The notes under the pieces were generated by a model. The model was given only the letters and a program-made list of their open reading frames with translations, was not told the DNA's origin and ran no database searches. A stretch of DNA of 64,000 nucleotides from Sphingobacteriia bacterium. Lineage in GTDB: Bacteria; Bacteroidota; Bacteroidia; Bacteroidales; UBA7960. This document shows positions 18,072 to 26,774 of the stretch, in pieces. Position 1 is the stretch's first letter, and each line of letters opens with the position of its first letter. The stretch is from assembly GCA_011390575.1 (NCBI GenBank), contig JAABSE010000007.1, positions 2,684 to 66,683 on the forward strand, written 5' to 3'. Position numbers and translations under genes: made by a program.

Positions 18072-18935
18072 TTATTTCAATTGTAAAACAGCTTTTATGG
18101 GCCAGTGGTCCGAAATAAAAAAACCATCATCCTTAACCTGGTCCACGCTGAAGTTTTTTACCTCAAATTGGTTGTCTGTAAAAATAAAATCGATAACCCT
18201 GGGATCGGTGTCATCTCTGAATGCATTAAAGGTATTGTCAGCATTAACGACCGGCTGTTGAGAATAATATTCCACATTCCGTAACCCGTTGTTTTGTTCC
18301 AGGTGGTCAATCATGTAATCGTAAAGTGGCGACCCTTTGGTTATGTTAAAGTCACCGGTAACAATTACCGGAAACTCTCCTGCAATCTTTTGGATTTGAT
18401 CCGACATGAACTCCATGCTTTTCTCCCGGGCAAGATCGCTGACGTGGCTGAAGTGAGTGTTGAAAACAACCATTTCTCTTTCGCTTTCACGATGCTTCAG
18501 TTTAGCCCAGCTCACTACCCTGGGTAATATTGCTTCCCAGCCAATACTTCCGGGAATATCAGGAGTTTCTGATAGCCAGAATTGTCCGTGTTCCATCAAT
18601 GTAAATGTTTGGGTGCGGTAAAAAACCGGGGAAAACTCTCCGCTTCTTAGCCCGTCATCACGACCGGTGCCAACGTAGGCATATCCGCTCATGATTTGCA
18701 AAAGGTCTTCATTCTGATGGTGAAGGCTTTCCTGAACGCCCAGAATATCGGGCATTTCTTCGGCCATATATGTTTCCATTAAGGGTATACGATGCTCCCA
18801 CGCGTTGATACCATCGGCAGGATTATCGAATCTGACATTAAGACTCATGACCTTGATTTCGTGACCAGGTGGTTCGGAAGAGCAAAAATTGAATAATAAA
18901 AGAAAAAGTGGTGCCAGAAGAAAGAGTACTTTCAT
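18072..18935 (-). CDS. Endonuclease/exonuclease/phosphatase (EEP) family metal-dependent hydrolase, exported
   Basis: 287 aa with a signal peptide/lipobox-like LLFNFC. EEP motifs are present (MSLNVRF, LGVQE, NTHFSH, GDFN, SDHWP). Confidence 0.75.
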   Translation of the reverse strand: MKVLFLLAPLFLLLFNFCSSEPPGHEIKVMSLNVRFDNPADGINAWEHRIPLMETYMAEEMPDILGVQESLHHQNEDLLQIMSGYAYVGTGRDDGLRSGEFSPVFYRTQTFTLMEHGQFWLSETPDIPGSIGWEAILPRVVSWAKLKHRESEREMVVFNTHFSHVSDLAREKSMEFMSDQIQKIAGEFPVIVTGDFNITKGSPLYDYMIDHLEQNNGLRNVEYYSQQPVVNADNTFNAFRDDTDPRVIDFIFTDNQFEVKNFSVDQVKDDGFFISDHWPIKAVLQLK

Positions 18936-19184
18936 AATAATGTCAATGGAATTGTAATATTTGATTCATTCTCACGGTCAGCAAAAGGGTTTGTCTGGCT
19001 CAAATATAACCAAAATCCCGTATAGTATTTTACTTAAATTCTGTAATTCAGCTTTGTTTTGTGCGACTTAAGAATATGAATACCCCCGTTGGGCAACTTA
19101 TTTTTCGAAATAAACACCCCCTTTTGTTTCTTTGCTGAAATCATTATTGTTGTGAATCTGAAATATACTTAAAGTCTGAAAAAC

Positions 19185-20423
19185 ATGAATACAACCTATC
19201 AACCTGTTCAACGACAAGAACGTGTAGAAATTCTTGACTTACTACGAGGTTTTGCACTGCTTGGAATCTTTATGGTAAATATGCCGTTGATGAATGCTCC
19301 CTTCCTTACTGAGATGGGAGAATTTGCCCTGTGGACCGATCCGGTGAATGAAAAAGCAAGTTGGGTTATTGATTTCTTTTTTACCGGTAAGTTTTACACC
19401 CTGTTTTCCATGTTGTTTGGCATTGGTTTCTACTTCTTTATGAAGAAAGCCGATGAAACAGGGAATTCAGTGCTGGGACTTTTCCGGCGCAGACTGGGCT
19501 GGTTGCTGGCCATTGGAGTGCTGCATGTAGTGCTGTTGTGGTACGGCGATATCCTGGTGTTTTATGCCCTGTTTGGATTTTTGATGATCCTGTTTCGCAA
19601 AAAATCCAACAAATCGTTGATAATCTGGGCTGTTTGTATCCTGATGCTCCCTGTATTGTTTTCCACTGTTTTAGTATTGCTCTTTAAGCTGGCACTATCG
19701 ATGCCCGAAGTTGCCGAAGAGATTCTGGCTGATTTTGAAGCCACCAGCATGCAGATGCATCAGCTTTTCGATCATATCATTGAAGTATACTCTACCGGTA
19801 GTTTTATAGAAATTGTAAATATCAGACTTGAGGAATACAAAAACATTCTTGGTGGAATCTTTTTCTTCTTCCCCAACGTGCTGGCCATGTTTCTGGTAGG
19901 GATGGTGCTGGCGCGCAAGAAAGTATTTGAAGATTTGGAAGCCAATAAACCATTTTTCAGAAAATTGTTTCTCTACAGTTTGCCGGTAGCACTGGCAGGT
20001 AACTGGCTTTATGCATACTATACAGCTCAAAGTTCATATATAAGCATAGATTGGGAAATGGTATTGTCTCTTATAGGTCATGGCTTTGGAGGACCTGCCA
20101 TGACTTTTGTTTATATTTCGCTTATTGCATTTTGTTTTCAAAAGGGTTATGTACAGTGGCTTACCCGGGCTATACAAAGAACCGGCAGAATGGCCCTTAC
20201 CAATTACCTGATGCAGTCCGTTATAGCTACTACTATTTTCTTTTCCTACGGACTGGGATTGTACGGGCAGGTAGATATAGTGCAGGGGATGATGCTTACG
20301 GTGGGTATTTATGGTGTACAGGTGGTATGGAGCTATTTCTGGTTGAAGTATTACCGGTTTGGTCCTATGGAGTGGCTCTGGCGAACCCTCACTTACGGCA
20401 AGAAGCAGAAGATGAGGTTATGA
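19185..20423 (+). CDS. DUF418 (YeiB-like) polytopic membrane protein
   Basis: 412 aa and multi-TM. It has an N-terminal R(V/I)xxLDxLRGFAL motif and the C-terminal GPMEWLWRTLTYGK block typical of DUF418/YeiB. Confidence 0.75.
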   Translation: MNTTYQPVQRQERVEILDLLRGFALLGIFMVNMPLMNAPFLTEMGEFALWTDPVNEKASWVIDFFFTGKFYTLFSMLFGIGFYFFMKKADETGNSVLGLFRRRLGWLLAIGVLHVVLLWYGDILVFYALFGFLMILFRKKSNKSLIIWAVCILMLPVLFSTVLVLLFKLALSMPEVAEEILADFEATSMQMHQLFDHIIEVYSTGSFIEIVNIRLEEYKNILGGIFFFFPNVLAMFLVGMVLARKKVFEDLEANKPFFRKLFLYSLPVALAGNWLYAYYTAQSSYISIDWEMVLSLIGHGFGGPAMTFVYISLIAFCFQKGYVQWLTRAIQRTGRMALTNYLMQSVIATTIFFSYGLGLYGQVDIVQGMMLTVGIYGVQVVWSYFWLKYYRFGPMEWLWRTLTYGKKQKMRL

Positions 20424-20439
20424 ATTTCAGTGAATGACC

Positions 20440-20482
20440 AAAAAAAAAGAAGCTGTCAGGATTGATCCCTGACAGCTTTTTC
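20440..20482. terminator. Bidirectional rho-independent terminator between the convergent DUF418 and Lrp genes
   Basis: An A-run precedes an 11-bp perfect stem, AAGCTGTCAGG (20450-20460) / CCTGACAGCTT (20468-20478), with a 7-nt loop and a following T-run. Confidence 0.75.
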
Positions 20483-20508
20483 GGTTGAAGGAGGTATTGA
20501 TAATCTAA

Positions 20509-21000
20509 CTAAAAACTCGTGATGTCGCCCATATTAACAGGGAGGTTTCGGGTAAAGCCTTCTTCCAGCGAGATAAAAGTTTCGGTACTGGTAACTTCTA
20601 CGATGGACTGAATATGCTCTACGATAACTTTTTTCAGGTGTTCGTTGTTTTTGGTGTACACCTTCACAAATAAGGAATATTTACCGGAGATATGGTGGCA
20701 TTCAATTATTTCGGGTATTTCCATGATTTTCTGAAATACTTCCTGGTGGGTTGAATTGGCGTTGAGGTTTACCTGTATGCCAATGTATGCGCAGGTTTGG
20801 TATCCCAATCCCTTAGGGTTGAGGTTAAACTGTGACCCTTTAATGATGCCTGCATCCATAAGTTTTTGCACCCTTTGGTGCACGGCAGCACCACTTATTC
20901 CGCATATCCTGGCAACTTCCAGGAACGCCATCCGGGCATTTTCTGTAAGAATTTCAAGAATCTTCTGGTCGGTTTTGTCAATTTGAAAGTTGCCGTTCAT
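20509..21000 (-). CDS. Lrp/AsnC-family transcriptional regulator
   Basis: 163 aa with an AsnC-type HTH (DQKILEILTENARMAFLEVARICGISGAAVHQRVQKL) plus a C-terminal RAM-like domain. Confidence 0.9.
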   Translation of the reverse strand: MNGNFQIDKTDQKILEILTENARMAFLEVARICGISGAAVHQRVQKLMDAGIIKGSQFNLNPKGLGYQTCAYIGIQVNLNANSTHQEVFQKIMEIPEIIECHHISGKYSLFVKVYTKNNEHLKKVIVEHIQSIVEVTSTETFISLEEGFTRNLPVNMGDITSF

Positions 21001-21122
21001 TTTTTTATGGGGTTAGGTAATAATATGATGCAAAAATACAATAAAAAGATTTAAACTGTAAGCTGAAAAAAAGAAAAAGGTAAATATTTTCTGCTTATTG
21101 AGGGTTTATGTTGTAAAATTAT

Positions 21123-21130
21123 TATTTTTG
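21123..21130 (+). promoter_or_regulatory. Candidate Bacteroidota -7 box (TAnnTTTG) for the PLP-enzyme gene
   Basis: TATTTTTG at 21123-21130, with a TTG at 21098-21100 (22-nt spacing), 47 nt upstream of the ATG at 21177. This is a motif match only. Confidence 0.35.
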
Positions 21131-21176
21131 TCCATCTCAAAACGCTTTTAATTTAATAACCCAAAAGTCCTTTATC

Positions 21177-22376
21177 ATGAAATTTGACCCGGCATCTAAC
21201 ATTCAGGATTTACAACAGTTCGGAGAATTCGGAGATGTAAATCCTTCCATCACAGATTCAGCAACATACACTTTTTTACAAGCCAACACGATGGTAGATA
21301 CCTTCCATGGTGAGCAGGAGGGTTGCTTTCTGTATTCGCGTCACTGGAATCCCTCCAACCGTTATCTTGCAGATGCGCTTGCCGCCATGGAAGGCACTGA
21401 AAGTGCATGGGTAACTGCCTCTGGAATGGCAGCTATCACCTCTGCTATTCTGCAACTTTGCAACTGCGGGTCACACATCGTTTCTTCTGTAACCACCTAC
21501 GGAGGTACATTCGCTTTCCTGGCCAATTATCTGAAGAAATTCCAGATTGAGGTAACCTTTGTTGACCCCACCAACCTGCAGTCTGTTAAAGATGCTGTAA
21601 GGCCCAACACCCGGCTTATCTACACCGAAACCATGACCAATCCCCTGTTGCAGATTTGCGATATTGAAGCGCTGGCAAAAATAGCCGACGACAATGGAAT
21701 AAAACTGCTGGTTGACAATACCTTTACCCCTATGATTGTAGCTCCTGCAAAATTAGGCGCACACATCGTGGTGTATAGCATGACCAAGTTTATCAATGGA
21801 AAGAATGACTGTGTAGCCGGAGCCATTTGCGCTGATGAGCAGTTTATCAACGACCTGGCCGATGTAAATACCGGTACGGCGATGTTGCTGGGTCCTGTAC
21901 TTGACCCCTTGCGCTCCTCAAGCATCCACAAAAACCTGCATACTTTGCACATCCGCATGAAGCAGCATAGTCACAATGCCATGTACCTGGCCAAAAAGTT
22001 CAAAGAAATCGGGTTGAAATTCAACTATCCCGGTATGCCTGAACATCCGCAGCATGAACTGTTCAAGAAAATTATGAACCCCGACTTTGGCTTCGGAGGT
22101 ATGATAGCCATTGATATGGAAACCGCCGAAAGAGCCAGCCTGTTAATGGAGAAAATGCAGGAGAAGGGGGTAGGTTACCTGGCTGTTAGTCTTGGATATT
22201 TCAAAACTCTGTTTAGCAACTCCGGTAAAAGTACTTCCAGCGAAGTGCCCGAAGAGGTGCAAAAAGAAATGGGAATGTCTGATGGACTTGTTCGTTTCTC
22301 AGTAGGACTGGATAATGATATTGAACGCACCTATACCATGATACACGATTCGCTGAAGGAACTTAAGTTCGTTTAA
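21177..22376 (+). CDS. Cys/Met-metabolism PLP-dependent enzyme (trans-sulfuration family; methionine gamma-lyase/cystathionine gamma-synthase-like)
   Basis: 399 aa. It has YSRHWNPSN (compare YSRxxNPT) and the PLP-lysine block YSMTKFINGKNDCVAGA (compare SxTK[YF]xxGHxD). It is divergent from an Lrp regulator. Confidence 0.7.
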   Translation: MKFDPASNIQDLQQFGEFGDVNPSITDSATYTFLQANTMVDTFHGEQEGCFLYSRHWNPSNRYLADALAAMEGTESAWVTASGMAAITSAILQLCNCGSHIVSSVTTYGGTFAFLANYLKKFQIEVTFVDPTNLQSVKDAVRPNTRLIYTETMTNPLLQICDIEALAKIADDNGIKLLVDNTFTPMIVAPAKLGAHIVVYSMTKFINGKNDCVAGAICADEQFINDLADVNTGTAMLLGPVLDPLRSSSIHKNLHTLHIRMKQHSHNAMYLAKKFKEIGLKFNYPGMPEHPQHELFKKIMNPDFGFGGMIAIDMETAERASLLMEKMQEKGVGYLAVSLGYFKTLFSNSGKSTSSEVPEEVQKEMGMSDGLVRFSVGLDNDIERTYTMIHDSLKELKFV

Positions 22377-22449
22377 CCATAAACAAAAAAGGATTTCCTT
22401 TTTTTCTCCTGCACCCTTTTAAAACACCTATATTATCAAAACAACACGC

Positions 22450-22484
22450 AACCTTCGGGCTTTCTGGCCCGGAGGTTTTTATTT
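22450..22484 (+). terminator. Rho-independent terminator after the PLP-enzyme gene
   Basis: Stem AACCTTCGGGC (22450-22460) / GCCCGGAGGTT (22467-22477), 11 bp with one G-U pair and a 6-nt loop, then TTTATTT. Confidence 0.7.
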
Positions 22485-23390
22485 ATGGTGTCTTTTGTAT
22501 TGTTTCAGAGCGCTTTTGTAAGTGCTTACAATCTCTTCTATCAGATGGGGTGGTTCGATAACTTCTACACTGTCGCCGAATGAAAGGATTTCCATGAGCA
22601 AATCATGGGTAATGAAAAGTGTCAGTTTTATGCGAAGCTCATTTTCGTCGTCGGTAATGATCTCCTGTGTTTCATGAAGAGGAAGGGTTTTGACATATTT
22701 TCCCTGCAGTGGAGTAAATGAAAGAATAATCTCTTCGGGTTCTTTGTTGTTGGGGCTGATAATGCCAAAACAATATTTAAAATGTTTATGCATATCAAAA
22801 TCCTGAACCGTACCGAATTTCTTTGTGGTGATATCAAGGTCTGTTAACCTGTCAAGAGCAAAGCTTTTGATTTGATTATCGCTCAGGTTCTTGCCCATGA
22901 TGTACCAGCGGTTTCTGAATTCTTTTAATGCATAAGGGTGCACCTCACGCACCGTAGGATTGTCTTCCCAGAACTTATGATGGACGAAGGATATTTGCAG
23001 GCGGTTGCGAATGGCATGGAGCAAACCATACAAATTTTCTGTCCCCTGGGGTCTTCTTTTTTCCAGGTGAATGTAGTCGGCCAGGTTTTCTCTTACATTC
23101 AGGGCGTTGAATGTATCAAATGCTTCCAGCAGGCGTTCATTGATTTCCGAGCTTTGATCCAGCTCAACGTAATATACTCTTCTTTTAATATCGTAGCGGA
23201 TATCGATGTTGTAGATGCTCCTTATATCGTTCAAATCGCGCTGAAAGGTTCGCTTGGAGATGGTAAAATCATAGGCCTGAATTTCGGACTCACGCTCCAG
23301 GTAATCAGAAATTTCTTCAAAAGAACACGGGGTTCGCTTTACTTTGCTGATAATAAGGTTATGACGGGTAATGGATTCTCTTTTGGTCAT
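22479..23390 (-). CDS. HTH + WYL-domain transcriptional regulator
   Basis: The track ORF runs to 23660, but the homologous part starts at the internal Met (MTKRESITRHNLIISKVKR..., ATG = complement of 23388-23390), giving 303 aa. The WYL-type core reads FRNRWYIMGKN and SFALDRL. Confidence 0.65.
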   Translation of the reverse strand: MTKRESITRHNLIISKVKRTPCSFEEISDYLERESEIQAYDFTISKRTFQRDLNDIRSIYNIDIRYDIKRRVYYVELDQSSEINERLLEAFDTFNALNVRENLADYIHLEKRRPQGTENLYGLLHAIRNRLQISFVHHKFWEDNPTVREVHPYALKEFRNRWYIMGKNLSDNQIKSFALDRLTDLDITTKKFGTVQDFDMHKHFKYCFGIISPNNKEPEEIILSFTPLQGKYVKTLPLHETQEIITDDENELRIKLTLFITHDLLMEILSFGDSVEVIEPPHLIEEIVSTYKSALKQYKRHHK

Positions 23391-23788
23391 GATACGGTAA
23401 GTTTTGGAGTTCACAAATATAGGCAGGTATAGCGACAAAATACGGCTGAGCCTGATGTTTTTTTTGGGAATTCTTATTATGGTGTCCGGTAGGATAATTT
23501 CAGGTACTTCGCTTTGTTCAGCAAAATATGCTTTGGAGCCGCCATCAAATACTTTCCTGTAATAATTTTTTAATATGCAATTATTGTACATACAAAGCGA
23601 AACGCACTGAAATGAAGCATCCATCCCCTGTTGTATGTGATAAAAAAAAATATTCCGCATATTACTTGGAAAATTTGTTCTTATACTATATTTTTGGTGA
23701 TTATATTATCAGGCAATAACTGTTATCTTTCGACCAGATGATGTTCTGTTGGTTTTAATCCTATGTTTTACCATAAAAATCAAAACCC

Positions 23789-25459
23789 ATGAAGCATTTT
23801 ACCTTTTTTGCAGCCATGTTGTTTGTGTGGCAAACAACCATTTCCAACCCTTTGTGGACCCGCGTGCTGGATCAGCAATCCTTCAATAAGTCATACCCGG
23901 CAGACATGGCGTTGGTTCATGACTCTTTAATAATGGTAACAGGGTATACCGAATCCTTTGGATGTTCCACCAACAGGCTTTTTGCTTTCGACACACAGGG
24001 AGAATTGATGTGGGATAAAGGAACCATGGAAAAGTACAACATGGGCGGAAACTTTGATCTGGTTCATGCCCGGGATGGTTTTATTTATACTGCCGGGTTC
24101 CTTTATGCTGACGATACATATTACGGAACAGAACCCGTTGTAATTTCTAAACTGCAAACTGACGGGAATATTGAATACCATACGCAATACCGTGGAGACG
24201 AATGGACGGAGTATTACATGTTTTCCCCTGTCAGCATGGATGTAGATCCCACAGGGAAGCTGATGCTCGCTGGAGGAGAAGCTCCTGATTTCAATTCAGT
24301 TGTAATGGTTGATGCCAATGGAGACATTGTATGGGAGAAGGAGTATGAATTTGCTATTGAGCAGGTTTTGTTTCTGAATGATGAGCGTTTTCTGATAAGG
24401 AGCAATGATAACTTATATGTGGCCAACATGGACGGGGAGATTCTGGATACTTATTCATCCGACAACCCGGTTGTTGATATCATTGTCCATAACTCATGGG
24501 TTTATCTTCTATCCGCTTCCGGGCTGGAGAAAGCAGATCCGGACTTTGAAACAGTGGTAGTATTGCTGGAAGATGAGCTGGCAGATCTGGAACGAATAAA
24601 AGTTTTCGATGATTCTCTCTGGATAATGGGAAAAGAGAACAATCAGATTGTGATGATAAATCCGGAAGCCGCAAAAGAAAACAGTCATTTGTACTTTGAA
24701 GAGTATGTTGAGAATGTTGATTTTGTTGTCGTCGGCAATCAGATAGTTTTTTCAGGCACCTCACTTTCAGGACAAATTGGATTGTATGCCTTTCCTTCGG
24801 GCGAGCAGGATGATGTGGCTTACCCATGGCCCGATATTGAATTGCTTGATTTTGAGATAAGCAATATTGTTATTAACTACCAGGATTTTGGGGGTGAAAC
24901 CATTGCCACAAGTTTTGATTTTGATGCTTCTTTGACCATACGTAACAATGGAGAGGAGCCTGTACATGCCCTTTCTGTATTTTCACCCAGGAGTGGTGGT
25001 ACAAATTGTGCAAAACAGTTTTTCTATGAGAATTATAATGGCCTTGACATCATGCCTGGCGGGGAGTTTATACTTGATGTGGGCAGCAGCAATGAATATG
25101 CTCCTCCCACCTCCTCAAACGAGTTGTGTTTTGAAATTCTGGCACCCAATTCATCTCTTGAATTTAACACCGGAACCAACTCTCTTTGCAAATCATTCTT
25201 TATCACTCATGCATCTGACTATTCACAACAAGAACTTCTGGTTTATCCGAACCCTGTAAAGGATTTGTTGTTTATCTCTGCTTTAGACGGGACAACCTAT
25301 GGGTATACCATAACCGATGTGGCCGGCAGGGTAATGGTTCAAGCAGAGCATGAGGGATTAACTGCGGGTGTTGATGTTTCTTTACTGGCCCCCGGCGTTT
25401 ATTTCCTGCAGGTAATTGAGCATAACAAGATGTATAGCAGTAAGTTTATAAAGGAATAA
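23789..25459 (+). CDS. Secreted protein of unknown function with a T9SS type-A C-terminal sorting domain
   Basis: 556 aa with an N-terminal signal peptide. The N-terminal two-thirds look like a repetitive beta-propeller. The C-terminus (LLVYPNPVKDLLFIS...APGVYFLQVIEHNKMYSSKFIKE) matches T9SS CTDs. Confidence 0.7.
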   Translation: MKHFTFFAAMLFVWQTTISNPLWTRVLDQQSFNKSYPADMALVHDSLIMVTGYTESFGCSTNRLFAFDTQGELMWDKGTMEKYNMGGNFDLVHARDGFIYTAGFLYADDTYYGTEPVVISKLQTDGNIEYHTQYRGDEWTEYYMFSPVSMDVDPTGKLMLAGGEAPDFNSVVMVDANGDIVWEKEYEFAIEQVLFLNDERFLIRSNDNLYVANMDGEILDTYSSDNPVVDIIVHNSWVYLLSASGLEKADPDFETVVVLLEDELADLERIKVFDDSLWIMGKENNQIVMINPEAAKENSHLYFEEYVENVDFVVVGNQIVFSGTSLSGQIGLYAFPSGEQDDVAYPWPDIELLDFEISNIVINYQDFGGETIATSFDFDASLTIRNNGEEPVHALSVFSPRSGGTNCAKQFFYENYNGLDIMPGGEFILDVGSSNEYAPPTSSNELCFEILAPNSSLEFNTGTNSLCKSFFITHASDYSQQELLVYPNPVKDLLFISALDGTTYGYTITDVAGRVMVQAEHEGLTAGVDVSLLAPGVYFLQVIEHNKMYSSKFIKE

Positions 25460-25537
25460 ATGCCCAAGTGTTGTGGGTTACATAGTCAATCTGCCTGCTG
25501 ATAATTGGTACATTGTAGCCGGTACATAGTATTGTGC

Positions 25538-26236
25538 CTATTCATTGAGCCCGTGCTCGACAGCAAAATTTACCAATCCTGCAATACTGTGCAAGCCCAG
25601 TTTTTTCATAATATTTTTCCGGTGATTGTTTACTGTGTGGAAACTTAAATCCAGCATTTCAGCGATGTCTCTGGTTTTATAACCATTGGCATAATAGCGC
25701 GTCAATTCCCTTTCGCGTTTTGTTAGTTGCTCAATAATGGGTTTGTTGCTTTGCTTTAGTTGTTCGCGTGATACCACTTTCAGATTCTTGCCATAACTGA
25801 TCTCGTTGGAAAAATTGATGGAAACCCCCACCATCTCAAATACCGAGTCGTCAGCATTACGTCTGAATACATTGGCCGCAGAGCAAAGCCAAATATATTT
25901 ACCCTTATGGTTGCGAAACTTGAAAATGGCAGTATAGGTTCCTTTCTTGTTTTTTTTGAAATACTTCTTCATTTCAGCCATCAAATCCCTGTCGTCGGGA
26001 TGATAGATGTCCAGTAAAACGTCTTCCGGAATCTTATCTGTGGAATTATTGTAGCCCAGAATTTTTTTAAAAGCATGATTGACCCATAGCATTTGGTAAT
26101 GATTGAGATCAAAAACAAAAACAATGGCATTAAGGGTAGAAAATATCTTTTCGTAGAAATGCAATCGCTCTTTACAGGTTAGACCCGAATGAGTTGAATC
26201 GTCATCTTCCGGATTTGATGTTTTCTTTACAACCAT
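25538..26236 (-). CDS. PAS-domain LuxR-family transcriptional regulator
   Basis: 232 aa. It has a PAS-like N-terminal half and the C-terminal HTH LTKRERELTRYYANGYKTRDIAEMLDLSFHTVNNHRKNIMKKLGL. Confidence 0.8.
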   Translation of the reverse strand: MVVKKTSNPEDDDSTHSGLTCKERLHFYEKIFSTLNAIVFVFDLNHYQMLWVNHAFKKILGYNNSTDKIPEDVLLDIYHPDDRDLMAEMKKYFKKNKKGTYTAIFKFRNHKGKYIWLCSAANVFRRNADDSVFEMVGVSINFSNEISYGKNLKVVSREQLKQSNKPIIEQLTKRERELTRYYANGYKTRDIAEMLDLSFHTVNNHRKNIMKKLGLHSIAGLVNFAVEHGLNE

Positions 26237-26774
26237 CTTAAGTTTTTTTTGTGTATGGAATAGCAGTCTGTTTAAATATGTTGATTGTTAAGTATCAGTA
26301 TTGTCAGGCAAAAATCGAATTGATAAAATAGGTGTAATTGAGATTGGCTTCGCCACCATCAACCCTCACCCCTTAAAAAAAACCGCAAACGTCTTGTCAT
26401 TTCAACCGGCGGGAGATCGCGAAGTAGCCGGTAAGCCAAATCTTAAAGAATTTACCGGGCAACAATGATTTCGTATTTGCAAAATCCCAATAATACGACA
26501 CTCTTTCTATGAAATCATTACACATAAAAGTACAAAAAATTTAAAACCTTCGGGCAGGTTCTTAAACCTCTTGTTGATCAGGTAGTTCTGCTTGATTCAC
26601 TAAAAAGGATACTTCGTACGTCTCTCATTTTAAGGAAATCCCCCATCGCAAAACAAATAATTGTTAACTTCAGGACATATTTGGTAAATTATATTTAGGT
26701 TTGTAAGTATAATAAGGATAAATCCCCAAAACTGACTTGATTATTAACCTGATTTTGAATATTATTCCCTCGAT

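Noticed and set aside
23391-23660. A 90-aa N-terminal extension of the WYL-regulator ORF
   Set aside because: The extension (MRNIFFYHIQQGMDASFQCV...) is AT-rich, promoter-like sequence with no similarity to HTH-WYL proteins. The homologous N-terminus starts at the internal Met at 23390.
26237-26774. A 538-bp intergenic region considered for a riboswitch, an sRNA or an invertible promoter
   Set aside because: I found no long flanking inverted repeats, only an 8-bp AAATATGT/ACATATTT pair. There is no adjacent recombinase and I recognise no riboswitch core. Only a TAGGTTTG -7-like box at 26696-26703 is notable.
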